DNA of 64,000 nucleotides from Dehalococcoidia bacterium (lineage in GTDB: Bacteria > Chloroflexota > Dehalococcoidia > Lucifugimonadales > JADFKI01), in the NCBI GenBank assembly GCA_965203955.1, contig OZ241923.1:2888313-2952312 (forward strand). Reading direction: 5' to 3'. This document shows positions 46,040-54,799 of this stretch, piece by piece. The first letter of the stretch is position 1. Each line of letters starts with the position of its first letter. The notes beneath the pieces were generated by a model. That model saw only the letters and a program-made list of their open reading frames with translations, did no database searches and had not been told where the DNA came from. The position numbers and the translations under genes were made by a program.

Positions 46040-47272
46040 TCAAAGTATCACGTTCTGGCTCTTCAGCATTTCAACGTCGTCCCATGTGTAATCGAGCAAG
46101 TCTATGAGCACCGACTCGGTATGTTCGCCGTGAGCTGGCGCAAGACGCTGCGTTGATACGGGAGTCTTGCCGAATGCTATCGGCGTCTGATGCCATTTGG
46201 TTGGCCCCAGCGTGGAATGCTCGAAGTTGATGAGATAGTCGTTCTCCTGTACTTGTGGGTCGTCCGGCAGGTCCATGATTGACTGCACGCGCTCCCAGAT
46301 AAGGTCTCCCGCCGCATCGAGTTGCTGTTCCCATTCCAAGCGCGTCCGCTGGATGAAAATTTCGTCCAGTATCGCAATCAGCTCTTCGCGATTGTCTCGT
46401 CTCGCTGCCATACTGGAGTATCTCTCGTCAATAATGAGGTCCTTGCGACCCAAAGCCTTGCAGAATGTGGGCCAATACCTGTCTCCCTGGCTCATCGAGA
46501 ACGCGATCCACTTGTCATCCTTGCAGCGGTAGTAGTTCCAAAGGATATTGCCGGCGCGAGTCCTGGGCTGGCGCTGGAACTCGTTTCCCATCAGTAGGGC
46601 GATGCCGTCTCGCATTCCGCCGAGCCACATTAGGCTACCCAGGTGGGATACGTCCACGCGCTGCGAAACGCCAAACCGCTCACGGGCGACAACGGCGCCT
46701 AGAACGCCGTAAGAGAGCATTATGCCGGCAATCTGGTCGGCCATGCCATTGATGTTGTACGGAATGCCGTCGCCGGGCCCCGCCCACCATAGAGAACCAG
46801 CTCGCGCCTCGCCCGTAAGCGCGAATGCGGGCTTACCCGAATCATCACCTTTTGGTCCATATCCCGTAGCGGAGGCGTAAATTATCTCTGGATTGCGCCC
46901 CTTTAAGTCTTCGTATCCCAGCCCTAGCCGCTCGGCAACGCCTTGCCGGAAGTTCTCCACGAAGATGTCTGACTGGTCAACCAGCTTCAGCATGACCTCA
47001 AGTCCCTTCGGATGCTTGAGGTCGAGCGCGATCCCGCGCTTATTACGGTTCAGGCTCTCGTAGTATGCGCTGCTGCCCTCCAGACCGGCAACAACGCCGG
47101 CGACACTTGCGAATTGTCTGCCGTGATCGCCGTCCAGCGACTCAACTTTGATCACATCTGCGCCCAGGTCGGCGAGCATCATTGTGGACACAGGCCCGAA
47201 CTGCCACATAGTCCAGTCAACGACGCGCATTCCCGAAAGCGGCCCTTGGCTTATGTCATTGTTTCCGTTCAT
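46040..47272 (-). CDS. Family III CoA-transferase (CaiB/BaiF/Frc type), copy 1
   Basis: MRVVDWTMWQFGP...LADLGADVIKVE, NRNKRG and FRQGVAERLGLGY blocks. Confidence 0.9.
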   Translation of the reverse strand: MNGNNDISQGPLSGMRVVDWTMWQFGPVSTMMLADLGADVIKVESLDGDHGRQFASVAGVVAGLEGSSAYYESLNRNKRGIALDLKHPKGLEVMLKLVDQSDIFVENFRQGVAERLGLGYEDLKGRNPEIIYASATGYGPKGDDSGKPAFALTGEARAGSLWWAGPGDGIPYNINGMADQIAGIMLSYGVLGAVVARERFGVSQRVDVSHLGSLMWLGGMRDGIALLMGNEFQRQPRTRAGNILWNYYRCKDDKWIAFSMSQGDRYWPTFCKALGRKDLIIDERYSSMAARRDNREELIAILDEIFIQRTRLEWEQQLDAAGDLIWERVQSIMDLPDDPQVQENDYLINFEHSTLGPTKWHQTPIAFGKTPVSTQRLAPAHGEHTESVLIDLLDYTWDDVEMLKSQNVIL

Positions 47273-47313
47273 GACTTCGCCCTGTCACTTCAATCGAATA
47301 AATCGTATAAGCG

Positions 47314-47339
47314 TTGGGCGACCAATGCTGGTCGCCCAA
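47314..47339. other. Perfect 11 bp inverted repeat (hairpin or palindromic site) between the TPP-enzyme and CoA-transferase genes
   Basis: TTGGGCGACCA-atgc-TGGTCGCCCAA. No U-tract follows on either strand. Confidence 0.5.
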
Positions 47340-47397
47340 TCAGTGTGCACCTATTTCCTGCAAGTAAGGTTGACCTACTGACAGCCTGGAGAATCGT

Positions 47398-49062
47398 TTA
47401 ATACTGGCGCTGCTGGCGCGACCGTCCGCCCATTGCGGCGTATGCGACCTCCGGATCGGTAACGACATCGAGCAGTGCAGGCTTGCCCGAATTGAATGCG
47501 CGCTCCAGAGCGGGCCGGATCTCTGCGGGATCGGTTACCCGCTCCGCATGTCCGCCCATGCCTTCCATTATCTTGGCATAGTCCGTGTCCTGCGACAGGT
47601 ACGTTCCGATGCCGCGCATGCCGCGCCGCACAACGCCCTGCGTCGTCTGATTCCACGCGCCATTGTTGCCGACGATGGAGACGATTGGCAGGTTGAAGCG
47701 CACGTAGCTCTCGACGTCAAAGCCGGTAAGACCGAAGCCGCCGTCCCCGTACACGATGCAGACCTGCTTGCCCGGTCGTGCCAACTGCGCGGCTGCCGCG
47801 AATCCGCTTCCGGCGCCCAGGCAGCCGAACTGCCCCGGATCCAGCCAGTGCCCCGGCTCGTTGATATCCAGCACACGCGCGGCAAAGGTTACGATGTCGC
47901 CGCCGTCACCGATCACCGTGGCGTCGTCATCCAGCACATCGCGTAACTCTTTCATCAGACGCATCGGATGGATAGGGGACTGGTCGCTGTTCAGCATGCC
48001 TTCGTCGGCTGCCTTCAGTGTCTGGTCCTCCGTGATGACCTCTTCGACCCATCCTTTGCCCGGAGACTTATAGCCGGTCGCTTTAAGCTCGTCCATTATC
48101 TGCCGCAGCACTGCCTTGGAATTTCCGACGACTCCCACATTGATATCGCGGTTCTGCCCGATCTTGCTGCCATCCATCATAATCTCGATCAGATTCGGAC
48201 TTTGCGGGAACATGCTATCCGCCCCGTAGCCAAGCCTGAAGTCGATGGGCGTGCCGATGAGAATAACCGTGTCGGATTTGACAAGGCCGTAGCGCCTTCC
48301 CTGGCTGCCGAGGTTAGGATGGTCCGAGGGAATGCTGCCGCGCCCCATGGCATTCAGGAACACGGGCGAGTCGATCATCTCGACAAACTCGCGTAACTCC
48401 TCCGAGGCGTCATTCCACCAGATGTCCGAACCTGCGAGCACCATAGGGCGCTCGGTGTTGTGCAGTATATCAACGACCTGCTTGATGTACTCAGGATCGC
48501 CATACGCCTTTGAGTCCGTGCGATAACTGCTCGGGTAGCTCACGCTCTCTTCTTCGGTTCTGCCGTTTACCACGTCAATAGGAATCTCAAGGTACGCGGG
48601 TCCGGGTACACCGGTCGTCGCATGCCTGAACGCAATCGACACATAGTCCGGGATGCGCTCTACGCGCTTCACCTGTTCAGAAAACTTGGTGACGGGTTTC
48701 AGGAACGTCGCGCTGTCAAAGTCTTGCAACCCGCCGCGAAGATGGTCTGTGATCCCCGCGTTGCCGCCAATGAGAATCATCGGGCTTGGAGCTTGGAATG
48801 CGTTGGCAATGCCGGTAACTGCGTCGGTAACACCGGGACCTGCGGTGACTATCGCCACGCCCGGCTTTCCGGTTACCTTCGCCCAGCCCTCGGCGGCGTG
48901 CGCTGCAACCTGCTCGTGCCGGAAGTCTATGACCTTGATCCCCTCGTCGACGCATCCTTCGTAGAGGTTATAGATATGCCCGCCGTTAAGCGTAAAGACG
49001 TATTCCACTCCCTCTCTCTTGAGTGCTTTGGCGAACAGTCGCCCGCCGTCTATCTCTGCCAT
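47398..49062 (-). CDS. Thiamine-diphosphate enzyme of the oxalyl-CoA decarboxylase / 2-hydroxyacyl-CoA lyase / acetolactate synthase family
   Basis: FRHEQ, TAGPGVTDA and the TPP-binding GDGGFG...N block. Confidence 0.88.
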   Translation of the reverse strand: MAEIDGGRLFAKALKREGVEYVFTLNGGHIYNLYEGCVDEGIKVIDFRHEQVAAHAAEGWAKVTGKPGVAIVTAGPGVTDAVTGIANAFQAPSPMILIGGNAGITDHLRGGLQDFDSATFLKPVTKFSEQVKRVERIPDYVSIAFRHATTGVPGPAYLEIPIDVVNGRTEEESVSYPSSYRTDSKAYGDPEYIKQVVDILHNTERPMVLAGSDIWWNDASEELREFVEMIDSPVFLNAMGRGSIPSDHPNLGSQGRRYGLVKSDTVILIGTPIDFRLGYGADSMFPQSPNLIEIMMDGSKIGQNRDINVGVVGNSKAVLRQIMDELKATGYKSPGKGWVEEVITEDQTLKAADEGMLNSDQSPIHPMRLMKELRDVLDDDATVIGDGGDIVTFAARVLDINEPGHWLDPGQFGCLGAGSGFAAAAQLARPGKQVCIVYGDGGFGLTGFDVESYVRFNLPIVSIVGNNGAWNQTTQGVVRRGMRGIGTYLSQDTDYAKIMEGMGGHAERVTDPAEIRPALERAFNSGKPALLDVVTDPEVAYAAMGGRSRQQRQY

Positions 49063-49104
49063 TTTTCCTCCCTTTGTAGTGGATTTCTATATTTTCGGTG
49101 ATGC

Positions 49105-49332
49105 CTACGCAAACATCGGCCTTCCTTTGGGTTCCGGTATGGAATGCCCCATCTCCTTCTGTGTCTCGATCCAGATGTCCATGACTTCTTGGATCATCGC
49201 CAGAGCATCCTCGTATGTGGGCCCGTCGGCTACGCAGCCGGGAAGTTCAGGGACTTCGGCGACTATCGCATTGTCTTCCTTACTCCAGTACATGATTATT
49301 TCATATCTATTGGTCATGGGGCACCAATCCAT
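49105..49332 (-). CDS. hicB: HicB-family antitoxin (UPF0150 domain only)
   Basis: YWSKEDNAIVAEVPELPGCVADGPTYEDAL...IPEP is a typical HicB core. Confidence 0.8.
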   Translation of the reverse strand: MDWCPMTNRYEIIMYWSKEDNAIVAEVPELPGCVADGPTYEDALAMIQEVMDIWIETQKEMGHSIPEPKGRPMFA

Positions 49333-49588
49333 AGCTGATCACTATCTGTCGAAACTGCCTGACTTGGTATGCCTTCGCCATCGAGTTCTACGGCTGTACT
49401 ATTACAGACGCTCTCAACCCAGACCTGCGGAAAATGCGGTGGCTTCCTCTAATGGTCTCGCAAAAGCCCATATTGACTAATAGCCGACGAAATTCTGCAA
49501 ACCTGATATTCGCGTCTGATCTGCCGGCTAATATGGTTCGCAGCAAACGCCGGTCTCTGGACGACAAGCTGGCTTCTGAATCGGACAA
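49307..49588 (-). pseudogene. hicA: hicA toxin gene interrupted by an in-frame TAG
   Basis: The ORF ends ...GSHRIFRRSGLRASVIVQP*(TAG at 49388-49390). The same frame continues NSMAKAYQVRQFRQIVISYGL, which is the normal HicA C-terminus, and overlaps the hicB start. Confidence 0.6.
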
Positions 49589-49644
49589 CTGGTGTTATCA
49601 TCCTCATACTCTAATCAGTCTATTGGGAGTGTATCTATTATTCT

Positions 49645-50895
49645 TCACAAGATCGCTCCTGCGTCCTGCAACTCCTTGATGTCGTCCCAGTCGTAGCCCA
49701 GTTCGTCGAGCAATATCTGCTCAGTGTGCTGACCGAGTTCAGGCGCCTCCCGCCACAGGCCGGCTGGCGTCTCGCTGTATGTGTTCGGGTGGTTGCACAT
49801 CTTCACATCGCCGAGTACCGGATGCTCGAAGTCGGTGATATAGTCATTGGCGACTACCTGCACGTCGTCCACGAGGTCGGTTATCGATTGCACTTTTGCG
49901 TAAATGAAATCGACCTCGAACTCCCTGAAGACAGCGTCCCATTCGTCGGCTGTCTTGCTGGCGAACTTCTCGTCCATAATCCTGACAAGCTCAACCGTAT
50001 TCTCAGCGCGCGCCCTCATGTCCCCAAAGCGCGGATCGTCGATTATGTCGTCCATTCCCATCGCGCGGCAGATCGGCCGCCAGTAGGGATCAGGCTGCAA
50101 GTGCATCAGCTGTATGCAGCGCCCGTCCTTGCACTTGTAGAGATTGGAAAGCGGGTTGGTAGGCGCTTCACGCTCGTAAGAACCGAATGTCTGCCCATTG
50201 TTGAGCAGGCTCATACTGATGCCGAGCCCCTGAAGCCACATGTTCGCGCTCAGGTGCGATGCATCGACCTTCTGCCCGATGCCCTGCTGGTTGCGGCACA
50301 CGAGCGCCGACAGCACGCCCAAACAGAGCATTATTGCGCCCATCTGGTCGGAAACGCCTTGCGATACGCGCGTGGGATACTCTGCTCCCGGAGGTGTCGC
50401 GGACATCATCAGCCCGGCTCGCGCCTGCCCGCATCCGTCGAAGGAAGGCAGATGCGAGTCTGGCCCTTCCGGTCCATAGCCGTTGCCTGAGCCGTACACC
50501 AGCATTGGGTTAATCTCGCTCAGGGTATCGTATCCCACACCTAGCCGCTCGGCGACGCCTTGCCGGAGGTTCTGCACAAACACATCCGCGTTCTTCACGA
50601 GCTTGTAGATAATCTGCCGTCCTTCCTCGGTCTTCAGATTGACGGCGATACCTCTCTTGTTGCGGTTGCACGCCTCAAAATAGGCGTTGCGCCCCTCACC
50701 CAAGTCCATATTTAGCGTGGACGCTCGCCATAGCCCGCGCCCGGCGTCGCCGTCAAGCGATTCAATCTTGATGACATCCGCGCCCATGTCGCCCATCATC
50801 GCGGCGCTCACAGGCCCAAACTGCCACATTGTCATGTCCAGCACGCGGATGCCCTTGAGGGGACCGTTGCCGGGGTAATGACCGTTGGAAACCAT
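49645..50895 (-). CDS. Family III CoA-transferase (CaiB/BaiF/Frc type), copy 2
   Basis: It carries the same conserved blocks as copy 1 (IRVLDMTMWQFGP, NRNKRG, LRQGVAERLGVGY). Confidence 0.9.
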   Translation of the reverse strand: MVSNGHYPGNGPLKGIRVLDMTMWQFGPVSAAMMGDMGADVIKIESLDGDAGRGLWRASTLNMDLGEGRNAYFEACNRNKRGIAVNLKTEEGRQIIYKLVKNADVFVQNLRQGVAERLGVGYDTLSEINPMLVYGSGNGYGPEGPDSHLPSFDGCGQARAGLMMSATPPGAEYPTRVSQGVSDQMGAIMLCLGVLSALVCRNQQGIGQKVDASHLSANMWLQGLGISMSLLNNGQTFGSYEREAPTNPLSNLYKCKDGRCIQLMHLQPDPYWRPICRAMGMDDIIDDPRFGDMRARAENTVELVRIMDEKFASKTADEWDAVFREFEVDFIYAKVQSITDLVDDVQVVANDYITDFEHPVLGDVKMCNHPNTYSETPAGLWREAPELGQHTEQILLDELGYDWDDIKELQDAGAIL

Positions 50896-50923
50896 AGCCT
50901 CTACCTCCAGCTAAATGTGAGTC

Positions 50924-50939
50924 CGCAAATTGATTTGCG
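50924..50939. promoter_or_regulatory. Operator-like palindrome in a divergent promoter region
   Basis: CGCAAAT-tg-ATTTGCG (7 bp arms). Confidence 0.25.
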
Positions 50940-51043
50940 ATAGTGCGGAAACGGCCTATCGAACACTGCGGGGATTGTAACACAAAACACATAGCCAACA
51001 TATCTGATTCTTGACGGCGGACTATGTTAAGATGCAGCCTGCT

Positions 51044-51547
51044 ATGGGAACAAGGATAGTGGTGCTTTCAGACACCCATTGCCATACTTGGGACGAAGTA
51101 CATCCCGCTATACGGGCGGAAGTTGAGACTGCCGACATCGCAATTCACTGCGGCGACCTCGTGCGGATGGACGTTGTAGAGGGCATGCGCCGCTCCGCGA
51201 AACGAGCAATTGTGGTGCACGGCAACTCTGATCCCCCCGACGTGCGGCGATCAACAGAGTATGTTGAGACTCTGGAAGTTGACGGCGTTCGTATAGGTGT
51301 TACCCATCCTGCATGGGGTGGTCCGGAATTTCCACCGCAAGATCTACTCGGCGACTTCGAGGTTGCTCCCGACGTAATTTTGTACGGTCATATCCACGAA
51401 CCGTTGAACGAGACAATAGAAGGCGTTCTGTACCTGAACCCGGGACAAGGATATCCCTCGTTCATGGTTGCCGCGACTGTCGCGGTGCTGTCTGTCGATA
51501 ACGGCACATTTGAAGCTGAAATTAAGACCATCGTTCCGGCTCGCTAA
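51044..51547 (+). CDS. YfcE/MJ0936-type metallophosphoesterase
   Basis: VLSDTH, CGDL, HGNSD and GHIHEP motifs. The ORF track starts at 51011. Confidence 0.82.
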   Translation: MGTRIVVLSDTHCHTWDEVHPAIRAEVETADIAIHCGDLVRMDVVEGMRRSAKRAIVVHGNSDPPDVRRSTEYVETLEVDGVRIGVTHPAWGGPEFPPQDLLGDFEVAPDVILYGHIHEPLNETIEGVLYLNPGQGYPSFMVAATVAVLSVDNGTFEAEIKTIVPAR

Positions 51548-51655
51548 CGAATGGCTTCCCTCTGGACTTCAGTCGAAAATCGACTGGCAGTTGTGTTTGC
51601 CATGCGATAAACTCCGCGATGACTTACCAGACTCCGACTCTAGTCGAGGTGAATT

Positions 51656-52549
51656 ATGGCAAAGCGAATAAACAGGGTAATCGAGCTGCTTGAGCAGGGG
51701 CAGCCTATCTACAACTCAGGCACCCACGATCTGTCGTATGAGAACGGCAAGGCGATGGCGTCCACTTGGGCAGACTACATCGGTGTGGAAATGGAGCACG
51801 GCTCATTTGACATGTCCGCGCTAGACGAGTTCATGCGCGGCCTCGTTGACGGCGGTCCTACGCCCAGCGGACATCGCACGCCGCCCGTCATCATGACCAT
51901 TCCCACGGACGGCACGAGTGAGGACGTAGTCCGCGCGAATGCCTGGATGATGAAGCAGGCGCTAGCTCGCGGCATCCACGGCATCCTGCTTTGTCACGCG
52001 GAAACGCCTGGCGCGGTTCAGGCGTTCGTCGAATCGTGCCGCTACCCATTCCAGGCTGTCGGCGTCGGTGAAGGACTGGATGTTGGCAGGCGCGGTGGCG
52101 GTGGTCAACGAGGCGCCGCGGAAATCTGGGGACTGTCTCCCAACGAGTACATGAAGGTAGCGGACCCATGGCCTCTCAACCGGGACGGTGAACTCTTCCT
52201 GGGCCTGAAGCTGGAGAACAAGCGCGCGCTCGCCAACTGCGAGGAGAGTGCGGCGGTACCCGGGATCGCCTTCGCCGAATGGGGGCCCGGCGATATGGGG
52301 CTATCCTTCGGATATGCAGACGCCCACGACCCGCCGTATCCCAACGACATGGATGCCGCCAGGCTCCGCGTGAAGGCTGCCTGCGATGCCGCCGGACTCG
52401 CCTTCCTGTGCGGGTGGAACGACTTCACCATTAGCACGGAAGCCAGGGTTAGGAAATTGATGGAGGACGGCGTGAAAGTTCTTTCGGGTGTTGGCGAAGA
52501 AGGAGCGGCGATCGGGCGGGAAATCACAGGCAGAACTATGCCGGTCTAG
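51656..52549 (+). CDS. HpcH/HpaI-family class II aldolase, copy 1
   Basis: INRVIELLEQGQP, VEMEHG and LKLENKRAL blocks. Confidence 0.8.
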   Translation: MAKRINRVIELLEQGQPIYNSGTHDLSYENGKAMASTWADYIGVEMEHGSFDMSALDEFMRGLVDGGPTPSGHRTPPVIMTIPTDGTSEDVVRANAWMMKQALARGIHGILLCHAETPGAVQAFVESCRYPFQAVGVGEGLDVGRRGGGGQRGAAEIWGLSPNEYMKVADPWPLNRDGELFLGLKLENKRALANCEESAAVPGIAFAEWGPGDMGLSFGYADAHDPPYPNDMDAARLRVKAACDAAGLAFLCGWNDFTISTEARVRKLMEDGVKVLSGVGEEGAAIGREITGRTMPV

Positions 52550-52610
52550 CCTAGAACCTGAGCCATTCCCGATTTTCACCAAGGCTACTGAACGGAGGAC
52601 TACACAGAAC

Positions 52611-53492
52611 ATGCCAAAGCGAATCAACCGAGCAATCGAACTGCTAGAACAGGGACAGCCCATCTACTACACTGGAGCGCACTCGGGCGCCGTCTTGACA
52701 TATGAAATGGGCATGGAAATGGCGCATACTTGGGCAGACTACATCAATATCGGCATGGAGCACGGCGCATTCGACATGGCTGGGCTTGACCAGTTTATGA
52801 AAGGGCTTGTTGACGCCGGCCCCACCAACAGCGGACACCGAACGCCCGCCATCATCGTGGAGGTTCCCGTGGATGGAGGAAGCGAAGACATCATTCGCTA
52901 CAATGCCTGGCAGTTCCGCCAGATTCTGGCGCGAGGCGTACACGGCATCATCTTGTGCAACGCGGAGACACCCGGTGCCGTTCGTGCGTTCGTCGAGTCG
53001 TGCCGCTACACCTTTCAAGACATTGGCGTCGGCGAACTCATTGGCCGGGGAACTCGCGGTGCCGGGGCGCAGGGCCCGGCGAGCGAAGTCTGGGGCATTT
53101 CGCCGGACGAGTACTTGGATAGGGCTGACCCCTGGCCCCTCAATCCCAATGGCGAGCTAATGCTGGGGCTGAAGATTGAAAACAGGCGCGCCCTTGCCAA
53201 TGCTGAGCTTAGCACACGCATTCCAGGAATCGCTTATGCTGAATGGGGTGTAGGTGACATGCACATGTCACACGGCTACAAGACACCAGTGGAGCCCAGG
53301 CCACCTGAGATTACCGCCGCTAGAAACCGAGTGTTTCAGGCGTGTCGAGACGCGGGTGTCATATTCTTGGATTCGGTGCGACCTGAAAATGTGGCGGCGA
53401 TGATCGATGAAGGGGTGATGGTGTGCGCTGGCGGCAGCGAAGAGACCGCTCGCATCGGCAGAGCGCACACCGGACGCACGATGCCGGTCTAG
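52611..53492 (+). CDS. HpcH/HpaI-family class II aldolase, copy 2 (tandem paralogue)
   Basis: Collinear with copy 1 (INRAIELLEQGQP, IGMEHG, LKIENRRAL). The start is at 52611. Confidence 0.8.
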   Translation: MPKRINRAIELLEQGQPIYYTGAHSGAVLTYEMGMEMAHTWADYINIGMEHGAFDMAGLDQFMKGLVDAGPTNSGHRTPAIIVEVPVDGGSEDIIRYNAWQFRQILARGVHGIILCNAETPGAVRAFVESCRYTFQDIGVGELIGRGTRGAGAQGPASEVWGISPDEYLDRADPWPLNPNGELMLGLKIENRRALANAELSTRIPGIAYAEWGVGDMHMSHGYKTPVEPRPPEITAARNRVFQACRDAGVIFLDSVRPENVAAMIDEGVMVCAGGSEETARIGRAHTGRTMPV

Positions 53493-53494
53493 GG

Positions 53495-53854
53495 CTACCT
53501 CAGCCCAAGACCACGCAGAGGTCTGCCGCCCAGGAGGTGCATGTGAAGGTGCATCACCTCCTGGCCCCCGTCGCTGCCTTGGTTGACGATCAGGCGATAG
53601 CCCGACTCGGCGATGCCTTCGCTCTCCGCCATCGCCCGGGCAGCCACAAACATGTTTGCGAAGGCAGGGTGCGGCTCAGAGTTAAGCTCTGAGAGCTGTG
53701 CGAAGTGCTGGTTTGGAATAACGAGGAGATGGGTGGGCGCCACGGGATTGATGTCCCGTATCACGAAGCAATCATCATCGCTATGCAGCTTCTCGCTCGG
53801 TATATCGCCATCCCTGATCTTACAGAAGATGCAGTCTTCAGCCATGCGCGCCAC
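53495..53854 (-). CDS. HIT (histidine triad) family protein
   Basis: CIFCKI and HLHMHLLGG motifs. Confidence 0.9.
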   Translation of the reverse strand: MARMAEDCIFCKIRDGDIPSEKLHSDDDCFVIRDINPVAPTHLLVIPNQHFAQLSELNSEPHPAFANMFVAARAMAESEGIAESGYRLIVNQGSDGGQEVMHLHMHLLGGRPLRGLGLR

Positions 53855-53859
53855 TCCGT

Positions 53860-54243
53860 CTATTCGATAACCGCAAAGGCTTCCACTTCCACGAGCATCT
53901 CAGGCCTAACTAGCGCCTTTATGAAAACCGTGCTGCTTGCAGGGCCATTCTCAGGGAAGATACCATTCCGCACCTCGGCGTAAGCCGCGTAGTCGTCCGC
54001 GTTCACCATGAAGCAGGTTATCTTCGTCACATCGTCCCAGCCTGCCCCCGCCACACTTAGCGCTGCCTCGATATTTCTGAAGCACTGCTCGGACTGCGCT
54101 CTGGCGTCACCGATGCCAACCAGTTCGCCTTCAGCGTTCGTCGCTACTTGACCGGACACGAACACATGGTTGCCGACTCGCGTCGCGGGGGAGAATCCCA
54201 CAGGCTTGTTGTCAGGATTGGGAAAGAAAACTTCTCTTGCCAA
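53860..54243 (-). CDS. RidA/YjgF family enamine/imine deaminase
   Basis: Size and blocks (VFVSGQVA...ITCFM...VEVEA) are typical of RidA. Confidence 0.85.
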   Translation of the reverse strand: MAREVFFPNPDNKPVGFSPATRVGNHVFVSGQVATNAEGELVGIGDARAQSEQCFRNIEAALSVAGAGWDDVTKITCFMVNADDYAAYAEVRNGIFPENGPASSTVFIKALVRPEMLVEVEAFAVIE

Positions 54244-54260
54244 TTTGGTTCACTCCATAA

Positions 54261-54656
54261 CTAACTGGGGAGTTGTAGCAGTTCGATACGCACGTCGTCC
54301 GGGACCTTGATGAACGCGATAGTAGGACCGTTGGGATTGCGTATAGGGCCTTCCGCAAGCTCTGCTCCAAGAGCCTGAAGCCTCTCAAGCTCGGCGTCCA
54401 TATCATCAACCGTTATGCCAAAGTGCTCTAGCCCGTAGTGGACATCGGCGTCTCCTTGTCCCATTTCCTCGTCGGTTCTGGCACCGGATATGCGTACTAT
54501 GGTGCCGTCCTCCATCTTGCACTCGATGAACCTGTCGCCCGTCGGACGCACGCCGCGGTCATTGAAAATCTCGAAATTGAACGCCTTCACATACCAGTTC
54601 GCCGTCTTCTCAGGATCCGGCGCCTTCAGGTGGATGTGCTCCATTCGATAAGCCAA
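54261..54656 (-). CDS. VOC (glyoxalase/dioxygenase/epimerase) superfamily protein
   Basis: MEHIHLKAPD...GLEHFGITVDD pattern. Confidence 0.8.
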   Translation of the reverse strand: MAYRMEHIHLKAPDPEKTANWYVKAFNFEIFNDRGVRPTGDRFIECKMEDGTIVRISGARTDEEMGQGDADVHYGLEHFGITVDDMDAELERLQALGAELAEGPIRNPNGPTIAFIKVPDDVRIELLQLPS

Positions 54657-54799
54657 CTTAACCCTCCTAGTCCAGTATCAATAAATTGACGCGCTAAAGC
54701 CTATGTTAGCCAATCGCGCCTGTCAAGACTTGTAGGATCGCCGCTGTCGCGCCGACAAACTGATATACTGGCAAGCCGATTGAGATTGCAATAGAATTC

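Noticed and set aside
49388-49390. The in-frame TAG in hicA as programmed read-through or a pyrrolysine codon.
   Set aside because: There are no pyl genes or PYLIS-like context in view. The TAG replaces a catalytic His rather than a tolerant position. Toxin inactivation is the simpler explanation.
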